A stretch of DNA of 64,000 nt, from the sequence record NZ_CP041325.1. The stretch is one strand, 5' to 3'. The DNA is from a plasmid. Below, piece after piece: positions 20,224 through 30,157 of this stretch (the stretch's first letter is position 1; every line of letters begins with the position of its first letter). The notes beneath the pieces are model-generated. The model saw only the letters and a program-made list of their open reading frames with translations. It had not been told where the DNA came from and did not search any database. A program made the position numbers and the translations under genes.

Positions 20224-21427
20224 ATGTTATTAAAGATTGATAGTTCATTAGTTGATTATTTAAAAGATAATTCCTCAAAGCCCAATTTAATAAATAACGA
20301 AGTTCAGGCTTTAAATAATCTCTCTATAGCACACAGGGACAAAAAACATATTTTATTTGGATCTTTAGATGTAGTAGAATTTTTAAAAGATTTTAAACCC
20401 TTAGATGATACTGCGCTAGGAATTTTTAGCAATTTATTTAAAAAGTTTACTTTCATGGGAATATATGAAGAAATGTTTGATAATCAAATATTAATTAAAA
20501 GTAGAGAACATAAGTTTTTAAAGAAGTTTGTTAAAGAGAAAGTAATATTTGAAATTCCTATAACTGATTTTTTTAGATATAGAGAGTATTAGTAGAACTG
20601 CACTAATTGGAGAAGACAGTACTGACTGTGAATTTTATGAAGGATTAGCAAAACAGTATATTACAGAAAATTATGGGATTTCTGCTATTAATTTAAACTT
20701 TCACCATGTGAATGGAGGGGGAGTAAATACTTGGAAATCCTTGCGTTATTACAGTGAAAATAAAAAAATCTCACTTACTATAACTGATAGTGATAAGCGC
20801 TACCCAACTGGTAACGTAGGAGAGACTTTAAGAAAATTGAGGACTGAATATAATAAACATAAAAATAATACGATAACAGATTTAGTGGAGTTAAAAGTAA
20901 GAGAAAAAGAAAATTTAATTCCTCCTTCAGTTTATTTGTATTGCTGCAACAGTTCTGATAAAAGTAGATTGGAAAACTTCATGTTATTAGAGGATTCTAA
21001 TAAGCATTCCGAAAAATTATTTTATTTAGATTATAAAGAAGGGTTAAACGTTAAGAGCTATAAACGAGATTCTCAATTGCAAGGATATATAGAAGAAATG
21101 GTGAAAGATTTTCCGCACTTAGCCACTTGTAGTTTGGAAGATATAGATTCCTTATCTGACGATTATCGTATTATTGAAGGTATAAGTATGAATGTTTCAG
21201 ATTATTTTAGTGTAGGAGTTTTTTACGAAGGTTTAGAAAAAGAATTAGAAGATAAATTAATGATAGAAAAAATACCAGCAGAAGTTATAGATGATTTGCG
21301 TAATAGTATAGACAAAAAAAATAAAATGTTTAGACATATGCCAGAAAGCTTTCAAGTTCATTTGGAGGAAATTTGCAAAAAGCTTATTGATTGGGGATGT
21401 GCTAATAGTTCTTTTATTGCGACCTAA
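20224..21427 (+). CDS. TOPRIM/DUF4435-like putative nuclease partner (AriB/OLD C-terminal-domain-like). Either one gene split by a +1 frameshift at a T-run near 20566-20574, or two genes.
   Basis: ORF 20224..20592 continues in frame 2 from 20564 (..LIFLDIESISRTALIGEDSTDCEFYEGL...ISLTITDSDKRYPTGNVGETL...) into ORF 20708..21427. The conserved Glu (GEDSTD) and DxD (TDSDK) match a TOPRIM-type catalytic signature. It starts 16 bp after the ATPase stop with RBS GGAGGGAA. Confidence 0.5.
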
Positions 21428-21785
21428 ATACTTTGAAAAAGCATTTAAAAATATTTATGAAAGTATTACTTAAATTGTAAATTGATTTGTCAAGTGTATA
21501 GTGATTACGTGAATTTTTTTCATAAAAGATGGTTTATAAGAGGCCGAAAAGAAGATTCCAATTTCTTCTCGGCTACTTCTAATTTAGTCTCAAAATTTAT
21601 ATCAAAAGCACTCTATTATAATATTGCTTAAGAATGATCCAGCTAAGAAAAGGAAGGACATCGATTCTTATAACGAATCTAATACAGTATCTATATTTAA
21701 GTGTTTATACAATAAAGTTATTTTTTGCTTAGTCTCGGCTGCGTACTTACTCGAACGAACCCTGGAATCGCAAGCTCGTCCAACT

Positions 21786-24700
21786 TTATCGTAAAAGTAT
21801 GGTGTGAGTTACTTTATCTATGATTTGCTGTGAAATTTCTCGATCGAAATCTGCTATCTCTGGTAATATAGCATTAATATTTGCTAAATCTATTTCTTCA
21901 AAGTTCGATATTGCTTCAGCAATTATAGTTGATTTCTTGAGTAAAAATAATCTCAATGAATTGGGGTCTTCATTTATTAAGTGGAAAATAAGAATATGCA
22001 GAGCTTGCCATTCTAATCGATCTTTTGAGTAAGAATCTCTATGCATAGGAATATCAAAATCATTTTCTATATAATACTTAACTAGCGAAGGAGAAAAAGC
22101 GAACTGATAAAGGTTTATTTTCTCAAATTTCTCTTTATTACTGTAAAGAAAATTATCAATTATTCGAACGTGCTTTTTATCAAGATACAAAAAGAGGAAC
22201 TCAAGTATTTCACTATGAAAGCTCGCCCAAACATTATGCTCATCAAATTTAGTTTTTATTCGGGTTAAATCTATAGCTTTAATAAGCTCAGAGTATTTAC
22301 CTGAATCAAACTTTCTCAGAATCTTATAGAAACTAGATAAGTTGTGCCAACTGCGAAAGGGAACTGTTACTAATTCTTCAGCCAATTGCTTGGGTTCAAT
22401 AAAACTAATGATTTTTTCACCAATGACTCTTTGATCTTTTTTAATATAATCTCTTTTTTCGCTTAAAGAGTTGAATCCCATTACTATTGCTAAAAATTTG
22501 AAATCTAGCATATGCCAAGCGTTAATTGAATGTTGTTTAAATGCATTGCGGAAATTGTCAGACATCACGTGAAATAATTTAATGCCATAAAGTCTGTCGT
22601 AGTTAAAAATGTTCCCAATGAAATCAACTAAGTCTTCGAAATCTAACTGGTTATTTTCCAATAAAAGTAGTTCTGTTTCAATCTGGTTTTTGTCTAAAAG
22701 CTTGAAAAATTCCTTTGCTCTTTCAATTGATAAAAGAAGACCTAACCTAGAAATAAAATAACTCCAGTGATATAAATCTTCTTTCTTTAAATTAGAAAAT
22801 CTATTAGCAATTTCAGTTATATTTAAGTTGTTACCAAAATCTTTTGCTTTAATTCTATCCGAATTATACATATCATTTATTATAGTGCCCAATGAATAAG
22901 CCGTTATACTATTTACATTTTCAATTTCTTTATGAATTGTTGAAGAAAAATGATATATATCAAAATACTCGGTTTTACTAAACTTTGTAAAAGTATTGGC
23001 GAAGTATAAAGCATGAGTAGTGAGAGTTTTTTTCTTCTGACGACAAGCTTTCTTCAATGATATGGTAAACTTCGTCTTTCGAAATAATATAAGGCATTCT
23101 AAAATGCAGTTCACTAGTGAAAATTGTATTCATAAACCATACTTTTCCTAAAAGCGGATTATTTAGAGATATCATTTCATTGTGTACTATTTGCTCATAT
23201 TTTTTTCTATTTTCTGTGTCATTATCGAATATGAACTTCAATTGTCTTTTAGCTGCTTCATAGTGAATCATTCTAAGGAAGAAACCATCAATTAACCTTT
23301 TCTTTCGTAGTGCTTTTAAATTTTTATTTAGCCATTCTTCATCTTCAGAAAAGTATTCTTTTACGTTCTGTATTAACCAATTTTCATTTACTGTATTATC
23401 TTTGGTTATTATCTGTTTTAGAGCCAGTAAAAAAATTAATCTTTGTGAGTTGTCTAGATCTTTTGATTTAAAGTAGTTATCTTTAGTAGTTTTCCACCCG
23501 CCTCTAATTACATAATTAAAGGTCCAAAGATTGTCCTCTTTCGAGGCGGCATCTATTCTTTGATCGAACGATTCTTGCAGAAAGTAATTTCCTAAGTCTC
23601 CATCTATTTTTGAAATAATATGTGAAACTGTTTTTTCATTTTTTCTGTAAAATTCACTAATGCAAGCGATATTCTCATTATTAGAAATTGAAACTGTAGC
23701 GGAATCAACTTCTATATCTTCAGTAACTGTCAAAATGATCTTTTGATAATTACTGCTTTTTTCTTGTAAGATTTGCAAAATCGAACTGGGTAGAATATGT
23801 CCATCATCAATGATATATATTGCTTTAGGATTGCTGGGTAAAGAAAAATTATCGATATCTGTAAAATCATTGGTTTTGAAACGTAAAACTTCATATCCAT
23901 GTTTTAAAAAATGAAAAGCGATTTGGTAACAAGAAATGGATTTACCAGATCCGGGTTTTCCTTGAAGAATAACAAAGTTATTCAACTCTAAAACTTTAAT
24001 AGCTTTTTTGAACTTGGGGCATTTCGGGACAAACGCTCACGTCTTGAGGGGTAAGTTTGTACCCTAAAACGGCTCTTCCAATACTATCATTTTGATTTTT
24101 AAAATTTAAGTACTCCCATTTATTATAATTATTCTCGTCTATCAAATTTTCAACTAATTCCTCAAAAAATTCCGACGCCGATAAATTAATCACTCTTTCA
24201 TCAGTTGAAAATGGGGAAACTCTATAGACTTTCCATTTATCTTCTAAAGGCGAAATCAATTCTTCTACAATTTTTGCATCGCTTTCTGAATAGCCAACGA
24301 TAACTAGAGTTCTAGGTCTTTCCATTGCTAGTAGATTAATATGTTTTTGTTCTTCGTCACTTATATTTCCTGGAGAGTTTGGAAGTACCCACTCAGAATT
24401 TAAATTTAAGACATCTCCGTGTGGTTTGATCAAATTTATTTTACTGTCGTTTATTCGGGTACCATATAATTCAGACCATGACATTTCTAATAAGCTATCC
24501 CAATTAAAAGAGACAATTAGCTCAAAAAATTTTCATGAACTAATTTAGCTATATTATTATGTATACGAGGGGCAACGGTTATTTTACTGTTAACCTTGCT
24601 AAACTTGCTTTTAAATAAACTTACCGCATCTTCATTCTGTTCAATATATGAAAACGCCCTTTTGATTTTTTACAAAATCTTCTCCTATTCTACTCTTTGT

Positions 24701-24886
24701 ACTTCCAATGCCTTTAAACTTCTGATCGATACTAGGAAAAGAACTTACTACCTCCCAAACAATAGGAGCAAGCTGGTTACCTAGTGGCATTCCAGGTTCA
24801 AAGGAAACTCCCGCCCCAATAACTACGACAGCATTATTAACTCTTATTTCATTAATTATTGAGGTTAAATTATTAACAGACTTCAT
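21786..24886 (-). CDS. SIR2-domain / STAND P-loop NTPase / C-terminal helical-repeat protein (Avs type-5-like antiviral STAND), about 1030 aa, interrupted by about four homopolymer frameshifts
   Basis: N-terminal SIR2-like Rossmann region (VVVIGAGVSFEPGMP ... LIKPHGDV ... IVGYSESD) spans 24886-23996 with two shifts at T-runs. At the A6 run 24003-24008 the SIR2 frame (..CPEMPQVQKSY*) and the NTPase frame (..KAIKVLELNNFVILQGKPGSGKS, Walker A; AIYIIDDGH, Walker B) are both open. This argues for one fused ORF. The C-terminal 442-aa helical domain (23114..21786) overlaps the NTPase ORF by 136 nt in another frame. Confidence 0.6.
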
Positions 24887-24984
24887 CTCACTTGCTCCTT
24901 TTTTTAGTGATACTTTAATTATTCCATATAGGGAAAAATAATAAAAACGTTATAAATTAAACTGTTTTATAGGAGTTTCTTCTA

Positions 24985-25603
24985 TTATAAAGGAGTTGCT
25001 GTCTCTGCTTCGATTTCTCTCACTAATTTATAAAAACTAGTTTTTTTAACTCCAGTTTCTTGCATGGCTTCAACTGCTGTTAATTCTCCAGATTTCCATT
25101 TTCTATAAACCTCTTTAAATTCTTCTGAAACAAGAACAGGAGTCCTGCCAAACTGAATGCCGTTTTTCAACGCTAAGTCGATTCCTTCGCGTTGCCGTTT
25201 TCGTATGCGTTCCCGTTCTTCTTCTGCCATCCAGGAAAGAATCTGCAAAACCAAATCTGCAATGAATGTTCCCATACTATCTTTATACTGCGTCGTATCG
25301 AGTAACGGCATATCCAGCACCACGATATCCGCTTCGATTTTTTTTCGTCAGGTCATTCCATTCCTGGAGGATCTCTTCTTTGTTCCGGCCAAACCGATCC
25401 AGCGAGTGGATATATAAAATGTCGCCTTTCCGGATAATCCGTTTGAGCAGCTGATAGTTCGCTCGCTCGAAATTCTTACCACTTTGCTTGTCCAAATAAA
25501 TATCCCGTTCAGTGATGCCCATTTTTCTCATTGCTTCCAATTGACGGCCTTCGTTTTGATCTTTGCTGCTGACACGTATGTAGCCAAATTTGCGATGTTC
25601 CAT
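24985..25603 (-). CDS. serine recombinase (resolvase/invertase family), one frameshift at a T-run near 25325
   Basis: N-terminus MEHRKFGYIRVSSKDQNEGRQLEAMRKMGI...IYIHSLDRFGRN has the catalytic Ser and the resolvase motif. The C-terminal piece (...GRTPVLVSEEFKEVYRKWKSGELTAVEAMQETGVKKTSFYKLVRE) is the HTH domain. Confidence 0.75.
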
Positions 25604-25639
25604 AATTCACCTCGAAAACGATTGTTTCCTCTCATTATA

Positions 25640-25775
25640 CCTGAAAAGCGTTCGTAAAAGTGTCTGCAATTTCGCGAACGTTCGTAAAGTCATTTGACAC
25701 GTTTACGAACGCTGTTTTAGCCGTTTAGCCCTTTTCAAAGCGTTCGTAAAAGTGTACTTTTACGAACGCTTTAAA
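25640..25775. repeat. res-like array of CGTTCGTAAA-containing inverted repeats immediately upstream of the resolvase gene
   Basis: Four elements are read from the sequence. GCGTTCGTAAAAGTG lies at 25648-25662. The palindrome CGAACGTTCG lies at 25676-25685. An inverted pair CGTTCGTAAA(G)/(C)TTTACGAACG is separated by about 12 bp at 25679-25711. A perfect 16-bp inverted repeat AAAGCGTTCGTAAAAG/CTTTTACGAACGCTTT with a 4-bp centre lies at 25737-25772. This arrangement is typical of a three-subsite resolvase res. Confidence 0.5.
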
Positions 25776-26116
25776 AAGTATAGTGGCATGTATAAAAAGG
25801 GAATAAAGGAGAATTCGGCGAATTACCTGTTTAAGGAAATAAACCAATTGTTAAAGAAGACAACTAGGGGCGAGGGGAGTGATTCGTTTTATTCGATATG
25901 AAGAGGATCAAATGTATTTAGAATTCACAGAAATAGAACCGGCTGTAAGTTTAACGGAATTTGTAAAATATCTATAAGATGAAGAAATCACAAGACGAAA
26001 GGATGCCTTGGCGATGGCTTTCAAAAAGCAAAAAACAGAAAGAAATCCAGGCAGTCTTCCGAACTTTGCTCGCCTGAAATCATGAATTGAAAAATTTGCC
26101 GAAAGGATGTGATGAT

Positions 26117-26515
26117 ATGACGATTAACGTATTTATCAGCTATGACTACACCAGCGATAAAGAGTATGCATCCTTATTAAAAGCTTGGGCTGAAAACGAT
26201 GCCGAACATTTTAAGAACATTAATTTTATTGATGGTTCTAGCGATTTTTCAAGAGAATCTACTAAAGTGAACGCCTTCAAAAATTCAATTTCAAGAAGAA
26301 TGAATGCGTGTGATAAAATACTTGTTTTAGTTGGAAAAGAAACCTACAAAAGTGATTGGTGTAAATGGGAGATCAAGAAAGCTGAAGAACTTGAGCTTGA
26401 TTTTGCAGCAGTTAACATTGAACATGCAAATGCATCTCCCATCAGCTTGTACGGAAAAGGAGTAAAAAGGGCGAGAAGTTTTACTGAAGCAGCCATTGAA
26501 AGCGTCTTAACGTAA
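26117..26515 (+). CDS. TIR-domain protein (ThsB-like / DUF1863 MTH538-type TIR)
   Basis: 132-aa ORF from ATG 26117 (RBS AAAGGATG): MTINVFISYDYTSDKEYA...CDKILVLVGKETYKSDWCKWEIKKAEE. The FISY.., ..ILVLV... and S.WC..EI signature marks a bacterial TIR-like domain. The ORF track starts at TTG 26087. Confidence 0.65.
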   Translation: MTINVFISYDYTSDKEYASLLKAWAENDAEHFKNINFIDGSSDFSRESTKVNAFKNSISRRMNACDKILVLVGKETYKSDWCKWEIKKAEELELDFAAVNIEHANASPISLYGKGVKRARSFTEAAIESVLT

Positions 26516-26682
26516 GATCAAATCAACATGTGGATGTTTATAAGCTTTTACCTTTTCGAGGGTTTAACTTAAGCTAGGCAGTTTCTTTTGTAGTTAGAAT
26601 TTTAATAGGTTTACATATCTTCACTTATAGGAAGCAGCAACCTAAATTAATCTTCAATTGGCGTTGCTACAGTTACATGTAA

Positions 26683-26718
26683 AACAGACAGCCGACTTGC
26701 TCAGGCTGTCTGTTTTTG
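26683..26718 (+). terminator. rho-independent terminator (CAGACAGCC...GGCTGTCTG followed by TTTTTG)
   Basis: AAAACAGACAGCCGACTTGCTCAGGCTGTCTGTTTTTG gives a 9-bp stem and a T-run downstream of the TIR gene. Confidence 0.6.
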
Positions 26719-27003
26719 TAACTCTAGAGATAGACTTTGTGGCTCAGTTTTAATGATTACTGGACAAACTGCTTACCGATTCGCACCTATAATAATGAAG
26801 TGTATTGAAAATAATAGTTAATTATTTAAAAATTTAATTATTTAATAGAAAAAGTTTTATTTCTTGCTATACTAAAAGCTAAAAGAAGAGATACATGGGG
26901 CAGAGAAACGGGGAGTGAGAATGCTTTTGAAATCAAAACACTTTAAAGAAATTATTAATCTACAAGTATTTTTAATACATCCTTTTCAAGGGAGTGAAGA
27001 AGT

Positions 27004-27138
27004 ATGGAGAACTTTTTAATTCTATTTTCTCCTTACCTCATTGGCTTAGCGCTATGCTTAGGAATCAGCTCGCTTATCGCAAGTATTTTAGAAAATAAGA
27101 AAAACACTAATTCAAGTAGAAAGAGGATATCATTATAA
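27004..27138 (+). CDS. possible 44-aa small hydrophobic peptide
   Basis: ATG with GGGAGTG RBS 8 nt upstream encodes MENFLILFSPYLIGLALCLGISSLIASILENKKNTNSSRKRISL, a single TM helix. A -10-like TATACT lies about 120 bp upstream. There is no homology support. Confidence 0.25.
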   Translation: MENFLILFSPYLIGLALCLGISSLIASILENKKNTNSSRKRISL

Positions 27139-27252
27139 ACTACCTCTTTGATAAGAAGAACCGCGGAGAGAACGGGCAAACAATCATTAACGGAAATATT
27201 GGTTGAGTTGTATATTTGTTTGTCCGACTATCGCCTTGTGCTTTTGATCCGT

Positions 27253-27660
27253 TTATTTACTCACTAACTCTTCAATGTATTCATAAGCAATTGCTTCATC
27301 TTCTGACTTGTAGAAAAACCCCTTGTACGTCATTGTATCCCTTGAATTGATGGTGAGGTCCTGGATTACTTCGCCTTTCTCGTCGAAAAAGACGGCGCGA
27401 TAACTAAATGCGATATCCCCGATTGAGGGTGCCCCTTTTTGAAAAATGGTTTTGTTCAGATTGCTGACCAGATGATTAATCTCGCTTTCTTCGGTAATCT
27501 CCAGTAATTTTATTGAGTTCTCATCTGAAACAGCTATTTTGGAAACCTTTGCTGGCTCGATGCTTACAACTTTATGAGGGGCATAGGACCACGCAAAAGC
27601 CAACAGCAATAAGAATGGAACCGCTAGTACAACCCATTTGATCCACTTTCTTTTATTCAT
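27253..27660 (-). CDS. hypothetical secreted/membrane-anchored protein
   Basis: 135-aa ORF with a signal-anchor (MNKRKWIKWVVLAVPFLLLLAFAWSYAP) and GGAGG RBS. No family recognised. Confidence 0.4.
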   Translation of the reverse strand: MNKRKWIKWVVLAVPFLLLLAFAWSYAPHKVVSIEPAKVSKIAVSDENSIKLLEITEESEINHLVSNLNKTIFQKGAPSIGDIAFSYRAVFFDEKGEVIQDLTINSRDTMTYKGFFYKSEDEAIAYEYIEELVSK

Positions 27661-27792
27661 AAGAAAAACCTCCTTGACGGATAGAGAGCGCTATAAATGT
27701 CAGCTGCCGCTTCTTAATCACTTCCTAGCATTCGAATGGAAAGTAAGGAAAAAAGTAAACATTGCCGGTTGTTCAAAGGAATCGTGCAGAAT

Positions 27793-28360
27793 TCAGCAGC
27801 TAGCTTCATATAGGTCCGTTTCGGGTTTGGGGCAATAGGTTGCTTCGCTGGGCGGAAGATTTAAAGCAGTGGTGAAACGCTGGATCGGTCCAGGCCAATC
27901 AGTTTTCCAGATTTCCGAGTAGTGGTGGTTCGTATACGCAGCGATGACGTTTCGCCAAAATTTCTGTGCAGGAAGATTGGTTTCCAACTCCGCCACTTCC
28001 CATGTTCCAGGATAGAGATCAAACAAATACCAGGCAGCCTGTTTGCCGATGCCTTCCTTCCGGTATTTTCTCAGGATGAAAAATTCGCAGATTTTGTAAT
28101 AGGAGGAGGTCTGGAGCTCCGCCGAAGTGATTTCTCGTACCAAGGCGAATCCTGCCAGTTTTCCGTCCACTTTGATCAGAAATGGGAAGTGGCCAGGAAC
28201 CGCCCAGTAATAGTCCAGATACTTGTATCCATATGAGCCTTCTTAGTTTACATCTTCCGATTCGAATTCAGTGAACTCGTACTGGTACAACTCCAGCAAG
28301 TTGCGCAAAACATTCCGTTGTTCGATCGTTGGCTGCAAGATTTCTAGTTTCATCATACGT
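27793..28360 (-). pseudogene. GNAT-family N-acetyltransferase with an in-frame TAA stop (not a homopolymer indel)
   Basis: The frame MMKLEILQPTIEQRNVLRNLLELYQYEFTEFESEDVN*EGSYGYKYLDYYWAVPGHFPFLIKVDGKLAGFALV... continues into ORF 27793..28170, which ends ...RKYRKEGIGKQAAWYLFD. The TAA is at about 28247-28249 in the same frame. Confidence 0.5.
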
Positions 28361-28748
28361 CCTCCGTTCTAGTTATATACTCTTTTTTCTTTTTTACTAC
28401 TGGTAGACTCGTTTGCCATTCCGGTTCTCAAAGAAAAATAGATACTTTTTTCTAGAAAACCTTCCCCGATGTTCGTTCAGTGAATGAAGTACGGCCAGCG
28501 GTAACGCCGGCAAAATCGCTCCCTGTATGCGAATTTTATTGTTCTCTTTTATTAAAGAAAGTTCAAGCTGGTCAGACCCAAAGAGATTCCAGTGCTTAAA
28601 TATATCCCCACTATAAAGAAAGAAAGTGAAATCCAGATGAAAAAACAAGAAAAGGGGAAGAAATGCTTTATTTTCTTCCCCTTTTCTTATTTTTTTTTTA
28701 CTAGTATCCCTGCTATTTTAACTAAGAAATGCCGAAAAAGTGATCCAC

Positions 28749-29413
28749 TCAAGGCTTAAAAGCTCTGTATGCCCTCAATGTTCCGACAATCGTCGAAAAC
28801 TGCCTTGTCTCTTCAATGGCCACAAAACCGGTTTCCTTAAGCAAATCCGGGATGATGCCTTGAACATGCGGTGAAGTGGTTTCAAATCCGTCCATGAATT
28901 GGACAGGGAGAAAGGCCACGCGCATCAGCGCGTTTTGTGGCTTCTCGAAATCCAGGACATGGAATTGGCCGCCCGTTTTAAGGACCCGGCAAACTTCTTT
29001 AAACGTTTCCAGCTTCTTCTCCACAGTCAGATGATGGATGAACAGACTGGTGAAGACATGATGAAACCGGTTACTAGAAAAAGGGAGCTGTTCCGAAAAG
29101 CCTTCCACAAAGTGGATCGATTCAGCACGGTTTTTCTTTCATCTTCTTTTTCGCAATAGCCAGGATTTCGGGATCGGCATCGAGTCCCATTACATGCACG
29201 CCGGAGTGGGATTGCTGAAGCAAAAGGGCGAGCGTTCCAGTACCACACGCCAAGTCCATTGTCAGCTCGCCCGGTTGAAGGGCCGCCTGGTTGACCAGAT
29301 GTATTTTCATCTTTTTTTTCTTGCATGCCCCGTTCGATTAGCGGGTCATAAAAACGAGTCAGCCAACGGTACTTGAGTGCCGGTATATAAGCTCTTTTCG
29401 GAGTTTCCTTCAT
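28749..29413 (-). CDS. class-I SAM-dependent methyltransferase (UbiE/type-11-like), three ORF pieces
   Basis: Motif-I LDLACGTGTLALLLQ in ORF 29122..29310, the N-terminus in 29027..29413 and the C-terminal domain in 28749..29108. Confidence 0.55.
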
Positions 29414-29425
29414 AAAAATCGTCTC

Positions 29426-30130
29426 CTATCGTAGACTGCCCTGGTCAGTAACTTCCACGATGAACGGAAAGGCGAGGACGCCTGTATCAGCGAAGTGGAA
29501 CTCCGCCCATAATTTGTAAAATCCTGCAGACGGAAATCGGACTTGAAATATGGGATGGTCTTTGGATGATGGATGCACATGGATAAATCGCTTTCCTTGC
29601 TCGTCCAGCACAACAACATGCCCCAACGCTCCCAAATACAGCAGAGGGGATTCTCCGTTCAAATCAAAAGACAGCGTAGCCGGTTCGCCGGCCGTCAATT
29701 TCGGATGCTGAAAAGTAACGGTTTTTCCTTGAATTTCTTTGGTCGGACGGTCACTTTTCACAAGCTTGCTGAAATCGTTAGCGATGCTTTCGGTTTCTTC
29801 TCCGACCATTAGCAACACTGGCTCAATGACATAAATTCCTTTGATTGGGCTGATGTCTGCAAAGAGGAAATATCGGCCAGAGGGGAGGTTTACTTTCACT
29901 TCAAAATCTCCTGAAATTGTTTCTATCGGATGAACGTGTAAAAAGGTCTCTAAGTCGGCACTGACGATTATCAAATGTAGACTCTTTTCATGATCCTTTA
30001 ACAGCTCAACCGTCATGTCTTTCGCGTCGCGGACTTGAATCAGTATCCGGTCGGAGCGATAGACGGCATTCACATAGACGCTAGGTAGCTTGTAATTCAT
30101 TTTATGATGCGAATGGTGTTCATGCTTCAA
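29426..30130 (-). CDS. hypothetical protein with His-rich N-terminus (MKHEHHSHHK...)
   Basis: Intact 234-aa ORF. The His-rich start next to copper genes hints at metal binding. No family recognised. Confidence 0.4.
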   Translation of the reverse strand: MKHEHHSHHKMNYKLPSVYVNAVYRSDRILIQVRDAKDMTVELLKDHEKSLHLIIVSADLETFLHVHPIETISGDFEVKVNLPSGRYFLFADISPIKGIYVIEPVLLMVGEETESIANDFSKLVKSDRPTKEIQGKTVTFQHPKLTAGEPATLSFDLNGESPLLYLGALGHVVVLDEQGKRFIHVHPSSKDHPIFQVRFPSAGFYKLWAEFHFADTGVLAFPFIVEVTDQGSLR

Positions 30131-30157
30131 ATGAAACGCCTCCTCTTTTAGGTGAGT

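Noticed and set aside
23983-24010. SIR2 protein and P-loop NTPase as two separate genes (two-gene SIR2 plus ATPase system)
   Set aside because: The NTPase frame is open upstream across the SIR2 stop. Both frames meet at an A6 homopolymer, and the NTPase ORF begins with TTG without an RBS. Given the error pattern of this assembly, a single fused SIR2-STAND ORF is more parsimonious. Only resequencing can settle this.
25640-25775. Possible CRISPR array suggested by repeated CGTTCGTAAA units
   Set aside because: The repeats are short and appear in inverted as well as direct orientation. Spacing is irregular and there is no repeat-spacer periodicity or cas gene. The pattern fits a resolvase res site instead.
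26087-26116. TTG start at 26087 for the TIR gene (ORF-track start)
   Set aside because: The ATG at 26117 has a better-placed RBS (AAAGGATG, about 8-nt spacer) and yields a protein starting MTINVFISY, which matches TIR-domain N-termini.
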